A DNA stretch of 64,000 nt from Pyrodictiaceae archaeon (GTDB lineage: Archaea; Thermoproteota; Thermoprotei_A; Sulfolobales; Pyrodictiaceae): assembly GCA_027036135.1 (NCBI GenBank), contig JALVSY010000007.1:580880-644879 (forward strand), written 5' to 3'. Positions 9,187 through 19,719 of the stretch are shown one piece after another; the first letter of the stretch is position 1, and each line of letters begins with the position of its first letter. Position numbers and translations under genes: made by a program. Under the pieces are notes generated by a model, which saw nothing but the letters and a program-made list of their open reading frames with translations, did not search any database and was not told where the DNA came from.

Positions 9187-10362
9187 CTACTTGCGGAGAC
9201 CAATAGGAGTGGCATAATGTACATGTATATGAAGTTTTATTGGCTTAGCGACGAGTACTGAATGGTGTAAACACCTAAGTGGATCAATGGTGACGCTTAA
9301 CGGATAGTACGTGCATGCCCCTGCTCCGGGCCCGCCATAACATAGTTCGAGCAATAAGTATATAGTGGAGTTAGTGGGGCTTGTTTTTGAAGTCTCGAGC
9401 ATCACGTAACCGCTGGTATATCCCGGCGGAGGCGGGCCAAGGATAACCCAGTTAGTTGACACATTCTGCACTATACCATCGAGCACGACGAGTTTTCCCG
9501 ACGAGGCACCTGTAGCATTAAATAGCTCTAGCGAGGCATTTAGCCCACTCTGACTACTCATCTGAGAGAACACCAAGCGCCCCCAGGCAGTAGCATTGGT
9601 AGTATTTATGCCTATTACCGCGCCAGAGAATGTATAAGTGCTAGTATTTACGTAGAGATAGACACTATCAATACTTAACTGAATATAGGCTGAGAGAGAT
9701 ATTGGAAGCCATGACGAGAGATTATAACTCGTAGCATTGATTCCTACAAGGGCGTAATAGGTTCTACCTGGTACAATAGAGCCTGTCAAGTTCACTGCTA
9801 TATCGGTATAAGTTGGGTTCAAGTTTGTACTATTCACGGCGCCGTAGAAAATACCGGTCTCGGGATCGTAGAGCCCTAGGTACCAAGTATAATTCGCCAC
9901 AAATAAGGAAAAAGCCTTCATCCTAGCCTCAATGATAATGCTCTGTGCGGTTGTTGGTATAGTGACGCTTTGCACTATGAAAGCAGCGTCGCTGGTACCA
10001 TTAAGTGGGATATAGCCCTCGATTTGAACAACTCTTCCACTAGCGTCAATATCGCTGCTAGACCAGTTGCATGAGAGATAATTACCCGGTATACATAGCC
10101 AGTAGTCAGGGCTTGAGTAGAAGTCGGGGTTCTGGAGAAGCTGAAGCCTATTAGATGTAATCACGGTTACATTTGCGCTAGTCTCGTTGGAGCCAAGGAC
10201 AACAGTAACATTAGGTGTAGTGGGTGCTAGTAAGATGTGACTTGGCGCTATCGGTATCAAGTCCAGAGCTATGGGATAATGCAGTATGGTGTGAGCTATC
10301 GCAACAAGCTCGATAACTACAAGCCCTAGCAATACTATCGCTAATTCCCAGCGCTGCATCAA
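9187..10362 (-). CDS. Secreted/surface beta-rich glycoprotein
   Basis: N-terminal hydrophobic signal; Ser/Thr/Asn-rich with more than 15 N-x-S/T sequons; DNA more AT-rich than its neighbours. Confidence 0.7.
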   Translation of the reverse strand: MMQRWELAIVLLGLVVIELVAIAHTILHYPIALDLIPIAPSHILLAPTTPNVTVVLGSNETSANVTVITSNRLQLLQNPDFYSSPDYWLCIPGNYLSCNWSSSDIDASGRVVQIEGYIPLNGTSDAAFIVQSVTIPTTAQSIIIEARMKAFSLFVANYTWYLGLYDPETGIFYGAVNSTNLNPTYTDIAVNLTGSIVPGRTYYALVGINATSYNLSSWLPISLSAYIQLSIDSVYLYVNTSTYTFSGAVIGINTTNATAWGRLVFSQMSSQSGLNASLELFNATGASSGKLVVLDGIVQNVSTNWVILGPPPPGYTSGYVMLETSKTSPTNSTIYLLLELCYGGPGAGACTYYPLSVTIDPLRCLHHSVLVAKPIKLHIHVHYATPIGLRK

Positions 10363-10555
10363 GACAGCCCTCTCTTACCTAAAAACTCACTAAGAGATTT
10401 ACTCTAGGCATCAACGTATATTTCTTTAGGGGAATGAATCTCTTTCAGAGTTCATTATGAGAGAAGACCCTCTCACATTCACCGAAGGCACTAAGGGACA
10501 CATGTGTCTCCATAAAAAGAACAGTATGTTAGAGACAAAACATCCTTGTTCGTAG

Positions 10556-11599
10556 CTATGTCTGTCTCTTTATCATTTCTGGCGTTGCTATTAGTGTTAG
10601 TGTGTCTCTTATCTCTCTCATTGAGCGTATGTGCTCTGTTACTATCCTTGCTAGCTCGTCAACGGTCTCGGCCTCTATCCTTGCTACTAGGTCGTATATT
10701 CCTGGCACTGATAGTATCTCGGTGACGTTCTCCACCTTTATGAGTCTCTCCGCTACTTCTTTCTCCCTTCCCGGCTCAACGTTCATGAGTACTAGTGCTA
10801 CTGCTCGTGGCTCGGTCTTCTCGAGTGCTTCTAGCGCTGTGAAGGCTAGGTCGGTTACCGTTACTACCTTGGCCGCTCTTGTCTCGGGATCCACGGCTAT
10901 TAGTCTCATTACCTCGTTTTCCTCCATTAGCTCCACCGCTGCTCTCGCATCAAAGCTTATGGGTACTCGTAGTGCTGCCTTCCTAGCATAGCTGCCTACC
11001 TTAGCATTGAGCGGGTCTTCTTCCCGTGTTAGGGCTTCTAGGAAGTCCCATTCGCGTAGCACCTTGAGCTCTTCGCCTTCGCGTATGAAGACCTCTGTTA
11101 CGCCGTTAGCCTCCATGGCCTTGGCGGCTGCTAGTAGCGTTGCATCGCTTGGCAGTATCACTGGGTTCCTCGCCCTAGCCTCTATCATTGATACCCCGAA
11201 CGGTATCTGCTTCCATAGCTTGAACGCGATGTGCCTCGGCTCCACTACGCCCTGTATCTTGTTGCGGTAATCAACTACTGGTAGGAAGCGTACGCTCTCC
11301 TTCTTCATTGCACGGAGTGCTTCCTCCACAGTGTCATCGATCCTTATTACTACGGGGTCTGTGACCGCGTACTCTGCCAGCGTTGTCTTATCAAGGTTTA
11401 CTCCCTCGGCTATAGCCTTTACTAGTCTACGGAAGCTTAGTACTAGTGCTGGTCTTCTCTCAGCATCAGTTGTTACTACTCCGAGTAGCTTGTTTGCTAG
11501 CATCACCTCTGCTGCTTTCCGTAGCGTCTGGTCAGCAGCCATGAGTGGGAGGTGCTTAGCCTCCATCACGTCTTTTACGAGGAGCGCCACTGGTCTCAC
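10556..11599 (-). CDS. Tandem CBS-domain protein with C-terminal Lrp/AsnC (RAM) ligand-binding domain
   Basis: CBS repeats (DDTVEEALRAMKKESVRFLPVVD); C-terminal ALVLMNVEPGREKEV...GIYDLVARIEA...DTLTLI. Confidence 0.8.
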   Translation of the reverse strand: MRPVALLVKDVMEAKHLPLMAADQTLRKAAEVMLANKLLGVVTTDAERRPALVLSFRRLVKAIAEGVNLDKTTLAEYAVTDPVVIRIDDTVEEALRAMKKESVRFLPVVDYRNKIQGVVEPRHIAFKLWKQIPFGVSMIEARARNPVILPSDATLLAAAKAMEANGVTEVFIREGEELKVLREWDFLEALTREEDPLNAKVGSYARKAALRVPISFDARAAVELMEENEVMRLIAVDPETRAAKVVTVTDLAFTALEALEKTEPRAVALVLMNVEPGREKEVAERLIKVENVTEILSVPGIYDLVARIEAETVDELARIVTEHIRSMREIRDTLTLIATPEMIKRQT

Positions 11600-11721
11600 C
11601 CGTGTAGAACTAGTTTAGAGAAACTTAGTATAGGGAGCTGCTTCTACAAAAACCTTGCCCACTTCACTTCCTCGAGGAAAACAATAATGATAAATAAATC
11701 CTTGATTAATATAGTAGCCGC

Positions 11722-12699
11722 TTGGTAGCGATAGAACACCAAACAACCCTTTACCGGGAAAGGCTAAGGCCTCCTGGAGGGAGACGGGGCACGACAGGAA
11801 CAATCCTCCTAAGCGTGTGGGGTAAGGGAGGAGTAGGTAAATCAACAATAGCGGCTGCACTGGCCTCGCTAGTAAGGCAGAGCTATCAAAGAGTAGTATT
11901 AGTCTCAACGGATCCTACTCCCTCAGCTCGGCAACTCCTATGCAAAGACAACGAGTGCGGAGGCATAGAGGTCAGGGAACTATGCGAGAACGAGGTCAAG
12001 CGACTCTGGGTCAAGCGATTCGGGGACGAGGTCTACGAAGTAATATCCTCCTTTCTCCCAGTCGAGCGCTGGATAATAGACTACGTGGCCGGTGCCCCGG
12101 GGATAAGCGACCAATTCATGCTCTACTACATCTACGAGCTAGCCAGGAGCAACAACTACGACGCCATAGTATGGGATACCGTGGCGGCAGGCGCTAGCCT
12201 CCGCCTACTACGCCTAGAGAAAGAGTTCTACACCCACATGGGTGACGCTGCACGCCTCTATCTCCGGGTCCGCTCAGCCCTCGAGAAGCTAAGGAGAGGG
12301 AAGAGAGACCCCCTGGAACTAATAAACTCGTGGAGAGAGCTAGCAGAGAACATACTCTCCATGCTCTCATCGAGTTCTCATAGAGCTGTTATTGTCTCCG
12401 AGCCCTCAAGGCTCTCGCTAGCAGTCACCAAGAGCATCCTGGGAGAGCTGAGACTACACGGCATAGAGCCAAGGTTACTGGTAGCGAACAAGCTTGTTGA
12501 GGAGAACCCTTGCCCAGGCTGCAGCCTCGTAGAAGACGTGGTGCGCGAGACACAAGAGCATCTATTGGGCATCGAGGAGCTAGGTCTGAGCGCTGTACAC
12601 GTCCCCTATGTGCCGGGCGAGCCTAGGGAAAGAGTCGAGAAAGTAGCGAGGATATTAGAGAAAGAAGGCGTTCTCAGGAGGCTTGGGCTACTTCCCTAG
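11722..12699 (+). CDS. Single-domain ArsA/GET3-family ATPase
   Basis: [23 protein letters not shown] and CPGC motifs. Confidence 0.85.
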   Translation: MVAIEHQTTLYRERLRPPGGRRGTTGTILLSVWGKGGVGKSTIAAALASLVRQSYQRVVLVSTDPTPSARQLLCKDNECGGIEVRELCENEVKRLWVKRFGDEVYEVISSFLPVERWIIDYVAGAPGISDQFMLYYIYELARSNNYDAIVWDTVAAGASLRLLRLEKEFYTHMGDAARLYLRVRSALEKLRRGKRDPLELINSWRELAENILSMLSSSSHRAVIVSEPSRLSLAVTKSILGELRLHGIEPRLLVANKLVEENPCPGCSLVEDVVRETQEHLLGIEELGLSAVHVPYVPGEPRERVEKVARILEKEGVLRRLGLLP

Positions 12700-15075
12700 C
12701 TTCTCTAGTAGCTTCTCGAGCCTCTCTAGCCTCTTAAGCATGACCTTCCTCTCTATGCTTGCTACGAGCCTCCTAGTCGCTATCACGGCGTCCGGGTTCA
12801 CGCTAATGCTATCGATGCCCGCCTCAACGAGGAACTCCACTATCTCCGGGTAGACGCTGGGCGCCTGCCCACATATCGAGACTGTCCTGCCGTGGCGGTG
12901 AGCACCCTCTATTAGCATCTTTATTGCCCGTAGCACTGCTGGGTCGCGTTCATCGAAGTACCCCATCTCCGCTAATAGCTGGGAGTCGCGATCAACTCCT
13001 AGGACTAGCTGGGTTAGGTCATTGCTGCCTATGCTGAAGCCGTCCACTAGCTTTGAGAACTCGTCCACGAGCAATACCACGCTGGGAACCTCGGCCATTA
13101 TCCATACCTTGAAGTCCTTGCCCCTACCTAGATCCTCCTCGTTCATAATGCCTAGGACCTTCTCTACCTCCCAGGTGGTTCTCACGAAGGGCAGCATTAC
13201 CCAGACGTTCTTCAGCCCCATCTCCTCCCTTACTTTCTTGATTGCTCTTACTTCTAGGCGGAAAGCCTTCTCATACATCGGGTGAATGTAGCGCGATACT
13301 CCCCTCCAGCCCAGCATTGGGTTACGCTCTTCTGGCTCATACTTCTCTCCTCCCCTGAGGCCTCGGTACTCGTTTGTCTTGAAGTCGCTGAACCTCACTA
13401 CAACTGGTCTCGGATAGATAGCGCTCGCTACTTTCGCTATGCCCTCTGCTAGCTTGTTTACAAAGAAGTCTGGCTTACCCTCGGCTATGAGGTAGAGTGG
13501 GTGATAGCCTATCCAGTCGCTTAGTATGAACTCTATCCTCATTAAGCCTATGCCGTCGAACGGGAGGTCGACGTACTTGTCTATGGCCTCGGGCTGGCCA
13601 AGGTTCATGTATATCTTGGTAGCTGTTACTGGGTATAGCTCCCTCATAGCCTCTGGCGCTATTGCCCCGGTGGTAGCTTCTTCCTTCTTCTTTACTATCT
13701 CCACTTTGCCTTCGTAGACAACACCCCTACTACCATCAACGGTTACCAGCATGCCGTTCCTTATCGTTGTCGTAGCGTCCCCTGTCCCAACAACAGCTGG
13801 TATCCCTAGCTCGCGTGAGACTATGGCAGCGTGGCTAGTCATACCGCCCTCATCGGTCACTATCGCGGCAGCCTTCTTCATCAATGGCACCCAGTCCGGG
13901 TCAGTCATGCGCGTGACGAGTACGTCTCCTTCGCGGAACTCCTCTGCCTCAGGGCTATGCGGGTCAAGGATTACCCTTGCAACACCGGTCGCTACACCGG
14001 GGCTCGCTGGGAGACCAGTGACGAGTATCTTTAGGCCCTCTGTTGGCTTCTCCTCCTCCTTGACCTTCTCTGGCTTCCTCCTACTCCACACCGTCTCGTA
14101 CCTAGCTTGGACTATGAAGATGTTGTTCGGCGCTGGTATGTCTTTGTCTATCGCCCACTCTATGTCCATTGGGTGGTTGTAGTGGTTCTCTATCATTACC
14201 CCGTACTTTGCCAGCTCCTTTGCCTCCTCATCACTTAAGCTAGGCTCTAGGGCCTTCTCCTTGGGCAACTCGACCACTATGTTCTGGCCGGACTCCGGGT
14301 CATAGGTTATCATTATGTGCTTCGGGTTGATCCTCTTCTCGATAATCTCTAGGGTCTTCTTATCAACTATGAACTCGTCGGGCGTCACCTTGCCCCCTGC
14401 GACGGCCTCGCCTAGGCCCCATGCCGACTCTATGACTACTACGCTCCTATCGCCGGTTGCGGGATGTAGGGTGAACATTACTCCCGCTGAGCGCGCATTA
14501 ACCATTTTCTGGACAACAACGGCCATGTAGGCCCTGAAGTGATCTATGCCCATCTGTGTCCTATAGAATATTGCTCTTGGGGTGAATACGCTAGCCCAGC
14601 AAGCCTTTACACGCTCGACAACGCTATCCTCGCCCCTAACGTTTAGATAAGTGTCTTGTTGCCCAGCGAAGCTTGCCTCTGGGAGATCTTCTGAGACTGC
14701 ACTGCTACGCACAGCCACGAGCGGATCCTTAACACCTATCTTCTTCGATAACTCTCGGTAAGCTCTCCGAATAGCATCCTCTATGTCCACTGGCATCGGC
14801 GTGTCCATTATTAGGCGCCGGATCTCGTTACTAACCCTCTCGAGCTCGGCTGTGTTATTCACGTTGAGGGCTTTGAGGAGCTTTTCTATCTTAGCCCTTA
14901 GCCCGCTACTCTCTATGAACCTCTTATACGCCTCGGAGGTAACGACGAAGCCTGGTGGAACTGGTACACCTGCTGACACTAGCTCGCCTAGGTTTGCTCC
15001 CTTGCCTCCTGCAAGGGCCGTATCCTTGGCTCTTAGCTCTTCTATCCATATAATTAGGGGAGGATTATTCGACAA
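12688..15075 (-). CDS. ppsA: Phosphoenolpyruvate synthase
   Basis: [50 protein letters not shown]. Confidence 0.97.
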   Translation of the reverse strand: MSNNPPLIIWIEELRAKDTALAGGKGANLGELVSAGVPVPPGFVVTSEAYKRFIESSGLRAKIEKLLKALNVNNTAELERVSNEIRRLIMDTPMPVDIEDAIRRAYRELSKKIGVKDPLVAVRSSAVSEDLPEASFAGQQDTYLNVRGEDSVVERVKACWASVFTPRAIFYRTQMGIDHFRAYMAVVVQKMVNARSAGVMFTLHPATGDRSVVVIESAWGLGEAVAGGKVTPDEFIVDKKTLEIIEKRINPKHIMITYDPESGQNIVVELPKEKALEPSLSDEEAKELAKYGVMIENHYNHPMDIEWAIDKDIPAPNNIFIVQARYETVWSRRKPEKVKEEEKPTEGLKILVTGLPASPGVATGVARVILDPHSPEAEEFREGDVLVTRMTDPDWVPLMKKAAAIVTDEGGMTSHAAIVSRELGIPAVVGTGDATTTIRNGMLVTVDGSRGVVYEGKVEIVKKKEEATTGAIAPEAMRELYPVTATKIYMNLGQPEAIDKYVDLPFDGIGLMRIEFILSDWIGYHPLYLIAEGKPDFFVNKLAEGIAKVASAIYPRPVVVRFSDFKTNEYRGLRGGEKYEPEERNPMLGWRGVSRYIHPMYEKAFRLEVRAIKKVREEMGLKNVWVMLPFVRTTWEVEKVLGIMNEEDLGRGKDFKVWIMAEVPSVVLLVDEFSKLVDGFSIGSNDLTQLVLGVDRDSQLLAEMGYFDERDPAVLRAIKMLIEGAHRHGRTVSICGQAPSVYPEIVEFLVEAGIDSISVNPDAVIATRRLVASIERKVMLKRLERLEKLLEKLGK

Positions 15076-15309
15076 AGATAACCCGCGCTAAGCCACTCTG
15101 CCTTGTCTGGATAAAAGTGTTTATACGGCAATAGTCGATTAGGAGGTTCTACGACTATTCGGCGATAAGCTTCTTGATAGCAACTAGTCAGTGGTAACCA
15201 AAACATTTAGCTAGCAAAACAAGAGGAAAGCGACGACCTTAAAGCAGGAGCTAATCTCTACCTAACAACAGCAGCCCAGCCAGAAACCAATAACTAGCTA
15301 AGAAAAGGG

Positions 15310-16647
15310 TTGATAGTCTTGACCAGTTTTGAGCCTTATCACGCCTTCGTGGACGAGTCCTTTAAACCAAGCCCCGAGGAGCACATCATAGTTACTTATC
15401 GCGCAATCCCTGCTCCCGGCTTCACAGCCAAGGACGTGGCCGGGGCCATAGCTGCTGAGAGCAGTGTCGGTACCTGGACAACACTATATGAGTGGTATTC
15501 GCGGGAGAGAGTTGAGAGGCTCAAGGGCAGGGCTTACGAGATAAGAGATCTCGGCGACGGTAGCTACTTGATAAGGGTAGCCTATCCCGTCGAGTTATTT
15601 GAGGAGGGAAACATACCTGGGTTCATAGCATCGGTGGCGGGCAACGTCTATGGCATGAAGAGGATCAAGAAGCTAAGAGTAGAGGATATCTACCTGCCCA
15701 AGAACTTCCTAGAGCGTTTCAAAGGCCCCTTCCGAGGGCTTCCCGGCGTCCGCGAGATTTTCCGCGTATATGACCGCCCAATAGTCGGTACAGTCCCCAA
15801 GCCCAAGGTGGGGTACTCACCCGAGGAGGCGGAGAAGATAGCATACGAGATACTCGTGGGTGGAATGGATTACATAAAGGACGACGAGAACCTAACAAGC
15901 CCCAGCTATTGCCGCTTCGAGGCCAGGGCAAGGGCCATCATGAGGGCTATAGACCGTGCCGAGAAGGAGACCGGGGAGCGCAAAGCCTGGTTCGCTAACA
16001 TTACTAGCGATGTACGCGAGATGGAGAAGAGGCTCAAACTAGTAGCAGACTACGGCAACCCATACGTAATGGTTGACGTCGTCATAGCTGGGTGGAGTAC
16101 CCTCAGCTACATAAGAGACCTAGCAGAGGAACACGGCCTAGCAATACACGGGCACCGGGCATTCCACGCAGCCTTCACAAGGGACCCGTACCACGGCATG
16201 TCTATGTTCGTACTAGCCAAGTTGATGAGGATAATAGGCATAGACCAGCTCCACATAGGGGTACCAGGCGTGGGCAAAATGGAGGCCAAGACAATAGAGG
16301 TACTAAGCAATGCAGCCGTACTGAGAGAGAAGGAGTTCAAGCCCCTAGAGGGAGACAATATCCGCCTACCACAGAGCTTCCATCACATAAAGCCCGGGGT
16401 CCCCGTCTCCTCTGGAGGCCTCCATCCAGGAAACCTACCCGAGGTAATCAAGGCCCTCGGAGTAGACCTAGTCATACAGGTAGGGGGAGGAGTACTAGGC
16501 CACCCAGACGGGCCACGAGCAGGAGCAGCAGCAGTAAGACAATCAATAGAGGCAACACTCAAGGGAATAAGCCTAGAAGAATACGCAGAAACCCACAAGG
16601 AGCTCAAACGAGCACTAGAGAAATGGGGCAGAGCGAAACCAGCCTAG
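15310..16647 (+). CDS. rbcL: RuBisCO large chain, archaeal form III
   Basis: AESSVGTWT, KPKVG, DYIKDDENL, HGHRAFH, SSGGLHP, GGGVLGHPDG. Start may be TTG 15319. Confidence 0.95.
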   Translation: MIVLTSFEPYHAFVDESFKPSPEEHIIVTYRAIPAPGFTAKDVAGAIAAESSVGTWTTLYEWYSRERVERLKGRAYEIRDLGDGSYLIRVAYPVELFEEGNIPGFIASVAGNVYGMKRIKKLRVEDIYLPKNFLERFKGPFRGLPGVREIFRVYDRPIVGTVPKPKVGYSPEEAEKIAYEILVGGMDYIKDDENLTSPSYCRFEARARAIMRAIDRAEKETGERKAWFANITSDVREMEKRLKLVADYGNPYVMVDVVIAGWSTLSYIRDLAEEHGLAIHGHRAFHAAFTRDPYHGMSMFVLAKLMRIIGIDQLHIGVPGVGKMEAKTIEVLSNAAVLREKEFKPLEGDNIRLPQSFHHIKPGVPVSSGGLHPGNLPEVIKALGVDLVIQVGGGVLGHPDGPRAGAAAVRQSIEATLKGISLEEYAETHKELKRALEKWGRAKPA

Positions 16648-16814
16648 GCCTAGCTTTTTATCTTGGCTTATTCCTATGTAGTTGCCAAGGCCGGTCTCTC
16701 CATCGTGTAGCACTCGTAGTCTAGTTAGTAACAACGCTAATAACTGGATTAGGATAACCGTCATTATTAGGTGAAGCCCGCTAGAATACATGGATATTCA
16801 TGTTTGGTTTTTAG

Positions 16815-17048
16815 GTGATGCGTGTGAGGAGCAAAGTTGCAGCAATTAATGTACCGCTACCTAAAGAAGTCGTAGAACTTGCACGTTCTAGAGGGCTTAG
16901 TCCAGAGGAATTAGCCGAAGCTGCAAGAAGGCTCCTAATCCTCGAAATAGTTGCTATGGAGTCTAAGCTAGCTATGGAGGATGCGCTCGAGATAAGTGAA
17001 AAGGTGACAACAAGAGCTTGGCAAAGGTTACGAAAGGAGAAGAAATAG
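16815..17048 (+). CDS. Putative antitoxin
   Basis: 77-aa helical ORF overlapping the start of a PIN stub. Confidence 0.6.
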   Translation: MMRVRSKVAAINVPLPKEVVELARSRGLSPEELAEAARRLLILEIVAMESKLAMEDALEISEKVTTRAWQRLRKEKK

Positions 17049-17086
17049 CAATAGTACTTGACGCAAACGTTGTAATAGCTTGCTCA
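17018..17086 (+). pseudogene. VapC N-terminal stub
   Basis: MAKVTKGEEIAIVLDANVVIAC, after which similarity ends. Confidence 0.55.
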
Positions 17087-17160
17087 GTGCTCAGCCCCTC
17101 TTCACACCCCTCCTCTTATCGTTGCTCGGGAGGGGTCCGTGGGGTTCGTCTTCTCAGCAC
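17084..17160 (-). ncRNA. Candidate box C/D-like / K-turn sRNA
   Basis: Degenerate C GUGCUGA, D' CGGA, 7-bp hairpin CCCCUCC/GGAGGGG, C' GUGAAGA, D CUGA, with guide spacers of 14 and 11 nt. Confidence 0.45.
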
Positions 17161-17221
17161 ACAGTTATCCCCGAGTCCTTGGAGGCTAGTCTAGGTTTTA
17201 GGGAAGAGCTTTCGCCTAATT

Positions 17222-17503
17222 ATGCTACCGGGTATGGTGTTGCCTAGTTCCCGGCCCAACACTAATATCAGGGAAAGCAGTGCGGAATTAACCGATTTGC
17301 TCGAGGAAATAGTCAGACTCGGTCTTGCTAACAGCCGCGACCAAGCTATTAGTCTTGTACTTGAGGCAGGGCTTGAGAAAGCTAGGGAAATGGTTAGGAG
17401 AAGGAGGAAGGCTAGGAACATCCTTCGCGAGTTCCTAGAGACGGGTCTCCCCTATCGCGTCTTGCCTCGTGCAGCAGATGTTGAGAGAGACCGTGAACGC
17501 TAG
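17222..17503 (+). CDS. Orphan VapB/RHH-type antitoxin
   Basis: VRLGLANSRDQAI RHH-like helix and C-terminal 'VERDRER' typical of archaeal VapB. No toxin follows; it converges on lysK. Confidence 0.6.
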   Translation: MLPGMVLPSSRPNTNIRESSAELTDLLEEIVRLGLANSRDQAISLVLEAGLEKAREMVRRRRKARNILREFLETGLPYRVLPRAADVERDRER

Positions 17504-18579
17504 TACCTAGTAAGTTGCTTAATTGTCTCGGTGTATACCTTTATTGCTAGCTTGATTTCGCTGAGGGATAGTTTCTCGTCTCTTGTGTGGGCTAGCCCGG
17601 GGTCGCCGGGGCCATAGGCTGCTATGCTCTCTGTGAGCCTCACTAGGTAGTTCATGTCGCTTGTACCGGCCTTTATCACTGGTATTGGTTTCTTCCCGGC
17701 TAGGAGTATTGCTCTTATCAGTGCTCTCGGCACTGGCTTGTTCAGAGAGACCTTTACTGGCTCAACGTACTCGCCTACGGGTCTTGCTTCGCAGCTGCTG
17801 GGTAGTAGCTCTTCTAACTCTCTTAGCGCGTCGTCTAGGTTCTTTCCCGGAGGTATCCTCGTGTCTAGTAGCATCTCGGCCCTCATAGGGACGATGTTGG
17901 AGCCGTCGCCCGCCACTAGCTGCACGGGGGTGAACGAGGTCTCGGCCACGCTCCTACCCCTGCTCCCCAGCTCTAGTACCAGCTTAGCTGCCTTCTCTAG
18001 GGCAGAGGAGCCTGGCTCCGGGGAAGCGCTGTGGCCTCCTCGTCCCCTGCATACTACCCTTATCTTAGCTGAGCCCCGGTAGCCTATTGCTACCCTTGTA
18101 CAGCCAGTTGGCTCGCCTATGACTATATGCTTGAGGCTACGCGGAGCCGTTCTTAGGAAGTATTTGGCCCCAGGGCTATCCGCTTCCTCTCCTACGAGGC
18201 CAGCAACCATTACTGGCGCCTCTGGCTCCGTTGCCGCGACTAGGGCGAGGCTTATGAGCATAGAGACCAAGGGGCCCTTGGCGTCAACGGCTCCCCTGCC
18301 ATAGACTGTGTCTCCCTCTAGCCTTGCGGGGTACCAGTCTCTCACCGTGTCGACGTGGCTGACAAGGGCTACTACTGGGCTCTGTGAGCGCGGGGCTGTG
18401 GCGTAGAAGCTCCCAGCCCTATCGACCCATGCTTCTAGTCCCAGCTCGTCAGCGGCTCGGAGCAAGTACTTTACAGCCTTGCCTTCCTTTCCTGAAGGGC
18501 TCGGTATAGAGACTAGCTCGTAGAGTACCCTGAGCCCCCGGTTAGCTAGCTCTGTTAGCGAGGCATTCTCGGAGCGCAT
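17500..18579 (-). CDS. lysK: LysW-lysine/ornithine hydrolase (M20 family)
   Basis: SHVDTV, GRGAVDAKG, GEE, GEP, GTSDMN, YGPGD..LAHT. Confidence 0.92.
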   Translation of the reverse strand: MRSENASLTELANRGLRVLYELVSIPSPSGKEGKAVKYLLRAADELGLEAWVDRAGSFYATAPRSQSPVVALVSHVDTVRDWYPARLEGDTVYGRGAVDAKGPLVSMLISLALVAATEPEAPVMVAGLVGEEADSPGAKYFLRTAPRSLKHIVIGEPTGCTRVAIGYRGSAKIRVVCRGRGGHSASPEPGSSALEKAAKLVLELGSRGRSVAETSFTPVQLVAGDGSNIVPMRAEMLLDTRIPPGKNLDDALRELEELLPSSCEARPVGEYVEPVKVSLNKPVPRALIRAILLAGKKPIPVIKAGTSDMNYLVRLTESIAAYGPGDPGLAHTRDEKLSLSEIKLAIKVYTETIKQLTRY

Positions 18580-19699
18580 TACTCGCCTCCTCCATGTCCT
18601 CCTCGGTAACCATGTAGGGTGCTAGGAACCTGACAACAGTAACCCCAGCGCGTAGAGCAAGGACACCACGAGCTTGGAGGCACTTGAGGACAGGTAATGG
18701 GTTGAACCTGGTATCAACGCCTATCATTAATCCCCTGCCCCTTACTTCCCTAACGCTGCGAACACCACTAAGCCTATCAGAGAGAAGCTCCATGAACACA
18801 CTGCCACGCTCCCCGGCTAAGCGAGGAACATCCTCCTCTAGGAGGACAGAGACAGCAGCCGAGACAGCAGCGAGCGCCAACGGGTTAGCAGCATAGGTTG
18901 AGCCATGCCTACCGCCACGGAGCACACTGGCTAGCTCGCGGCGAGTAAACACAGCCGAGACAGGGAACCCGCCACCCAGAGCCTTCCCCGCGACAACAAT
19001 GTCTGGCTTGATACCGTAGTGCTCATAGGCCCATACGCGCCCGGTACGGCCAAACCCGGCCTGCACCTCATCCACTATTAGCAGCGCATTCCTCTCCCTC
19101 GCTATGCTCTCAAGAGCCTTCAAGAAATCCTCTTTGGCGGGGATGACGCCGCCCTCGCCCTGCACGGGCTCAACGATAACAGCTGCAGCGTCCTCCGGGA
19201 ACATCTTCTCGAGCACAGCTGGCTCGGCATTAAACGGGAGAAACACAACATCCTCCAAGACGGGGAACCCGCGGCGATAACTAGGGCCCCAGGTGACGCT
19301 GAGCGCGCCGAGCGTCCGTCCGTGAAAGGAGCCCCGGAAAGTAACAATCCTCCTACGCCCAGTATAAGCCCATGCTATCTTCAGCGCTGCTTCAACGGCC
19401 TCGGCGCCACTATTAGCAAAGAGAACGGTATCAGCGCCACTAGGGGCAATAGCAGATAATTTCTCGAGAGCCTCTTCCTGGACACTGCACCCGAAAGACG
19501 GGTTACAAACTACGAGTTCGTCAAGCTGTGCCTTGAGGCGCTCAACTACGCGTGGATTATTATGGCCTAGGAAGGCGACACCGTGCTCTGTGTGGAGGTC
19601 TATGTAGCGGCGGCCACCAGTGTCCCATATGTACTGCATATGGGCCTTTGCTACCCTAAGGCCCCTAGAGCCATAGTAGCGTAGAAGCTCTAGGACCAA
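18542..19699 (-). CDS. lysJ: LysW-semialdehyde transaminase (class III)
   Basis: NSGAEAVE, FHGRT, EPVQGEGG, DEVQAGFGRTG, GKALGGG; lies in the lys operon. Confidence 0.93.
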   Translation of the reverse strand: MVLELLRYYGSRGLRVAKAHMQYIWDTGGRRYIDLHTEHGVAFLGHNNPRVVERLKAQLDELVVCNPSFGCSVQEEALEKLSAIAPSGADTVLFANSGAEAVEAALKIAWAYTGRRRIVTFRGSFHGRTLGALSVTWGPSYRRGFPVLEDVVFLPFNAEPAVLEKMFPEDAAAVIVEPVQGEGGVIPAKEDFLKALESIARERNALLIVDEVQAGFGRTGRVWAYEHYGIKPDIVVAGKALGGGFPVSAVFTRRELASVLRGGRHGSTYAANPLALAAVSAAVSVLLEEDVPRLAGERGSVFMELLSDRLSGVRSVREVRGRGLMIGVDTRFNPLPVLKCLQARGVLALRAGVTVVRFLAPYMVTEEDMEEASNALRECLANRAS

Positions 19700-19719
19700 G
19701 AGAAAGCCCTCAGCCCTGG

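Noticed and set aside
16092-16724. 210-aa Arg/Pro-rich alternative-frame ORF in rbcL (similar case at 22511..22933)
   Set aside because: Off-frame shadow with low-complexity composition.
16747-16774. dif-like spacing GATTAGGATAA-CCGTCA-TTATTAGGTGA upstream of a TA relic
   Set aside because: Only the inner ATAA/TTAT is symmetric, and I found no similar site at the other TA modules.
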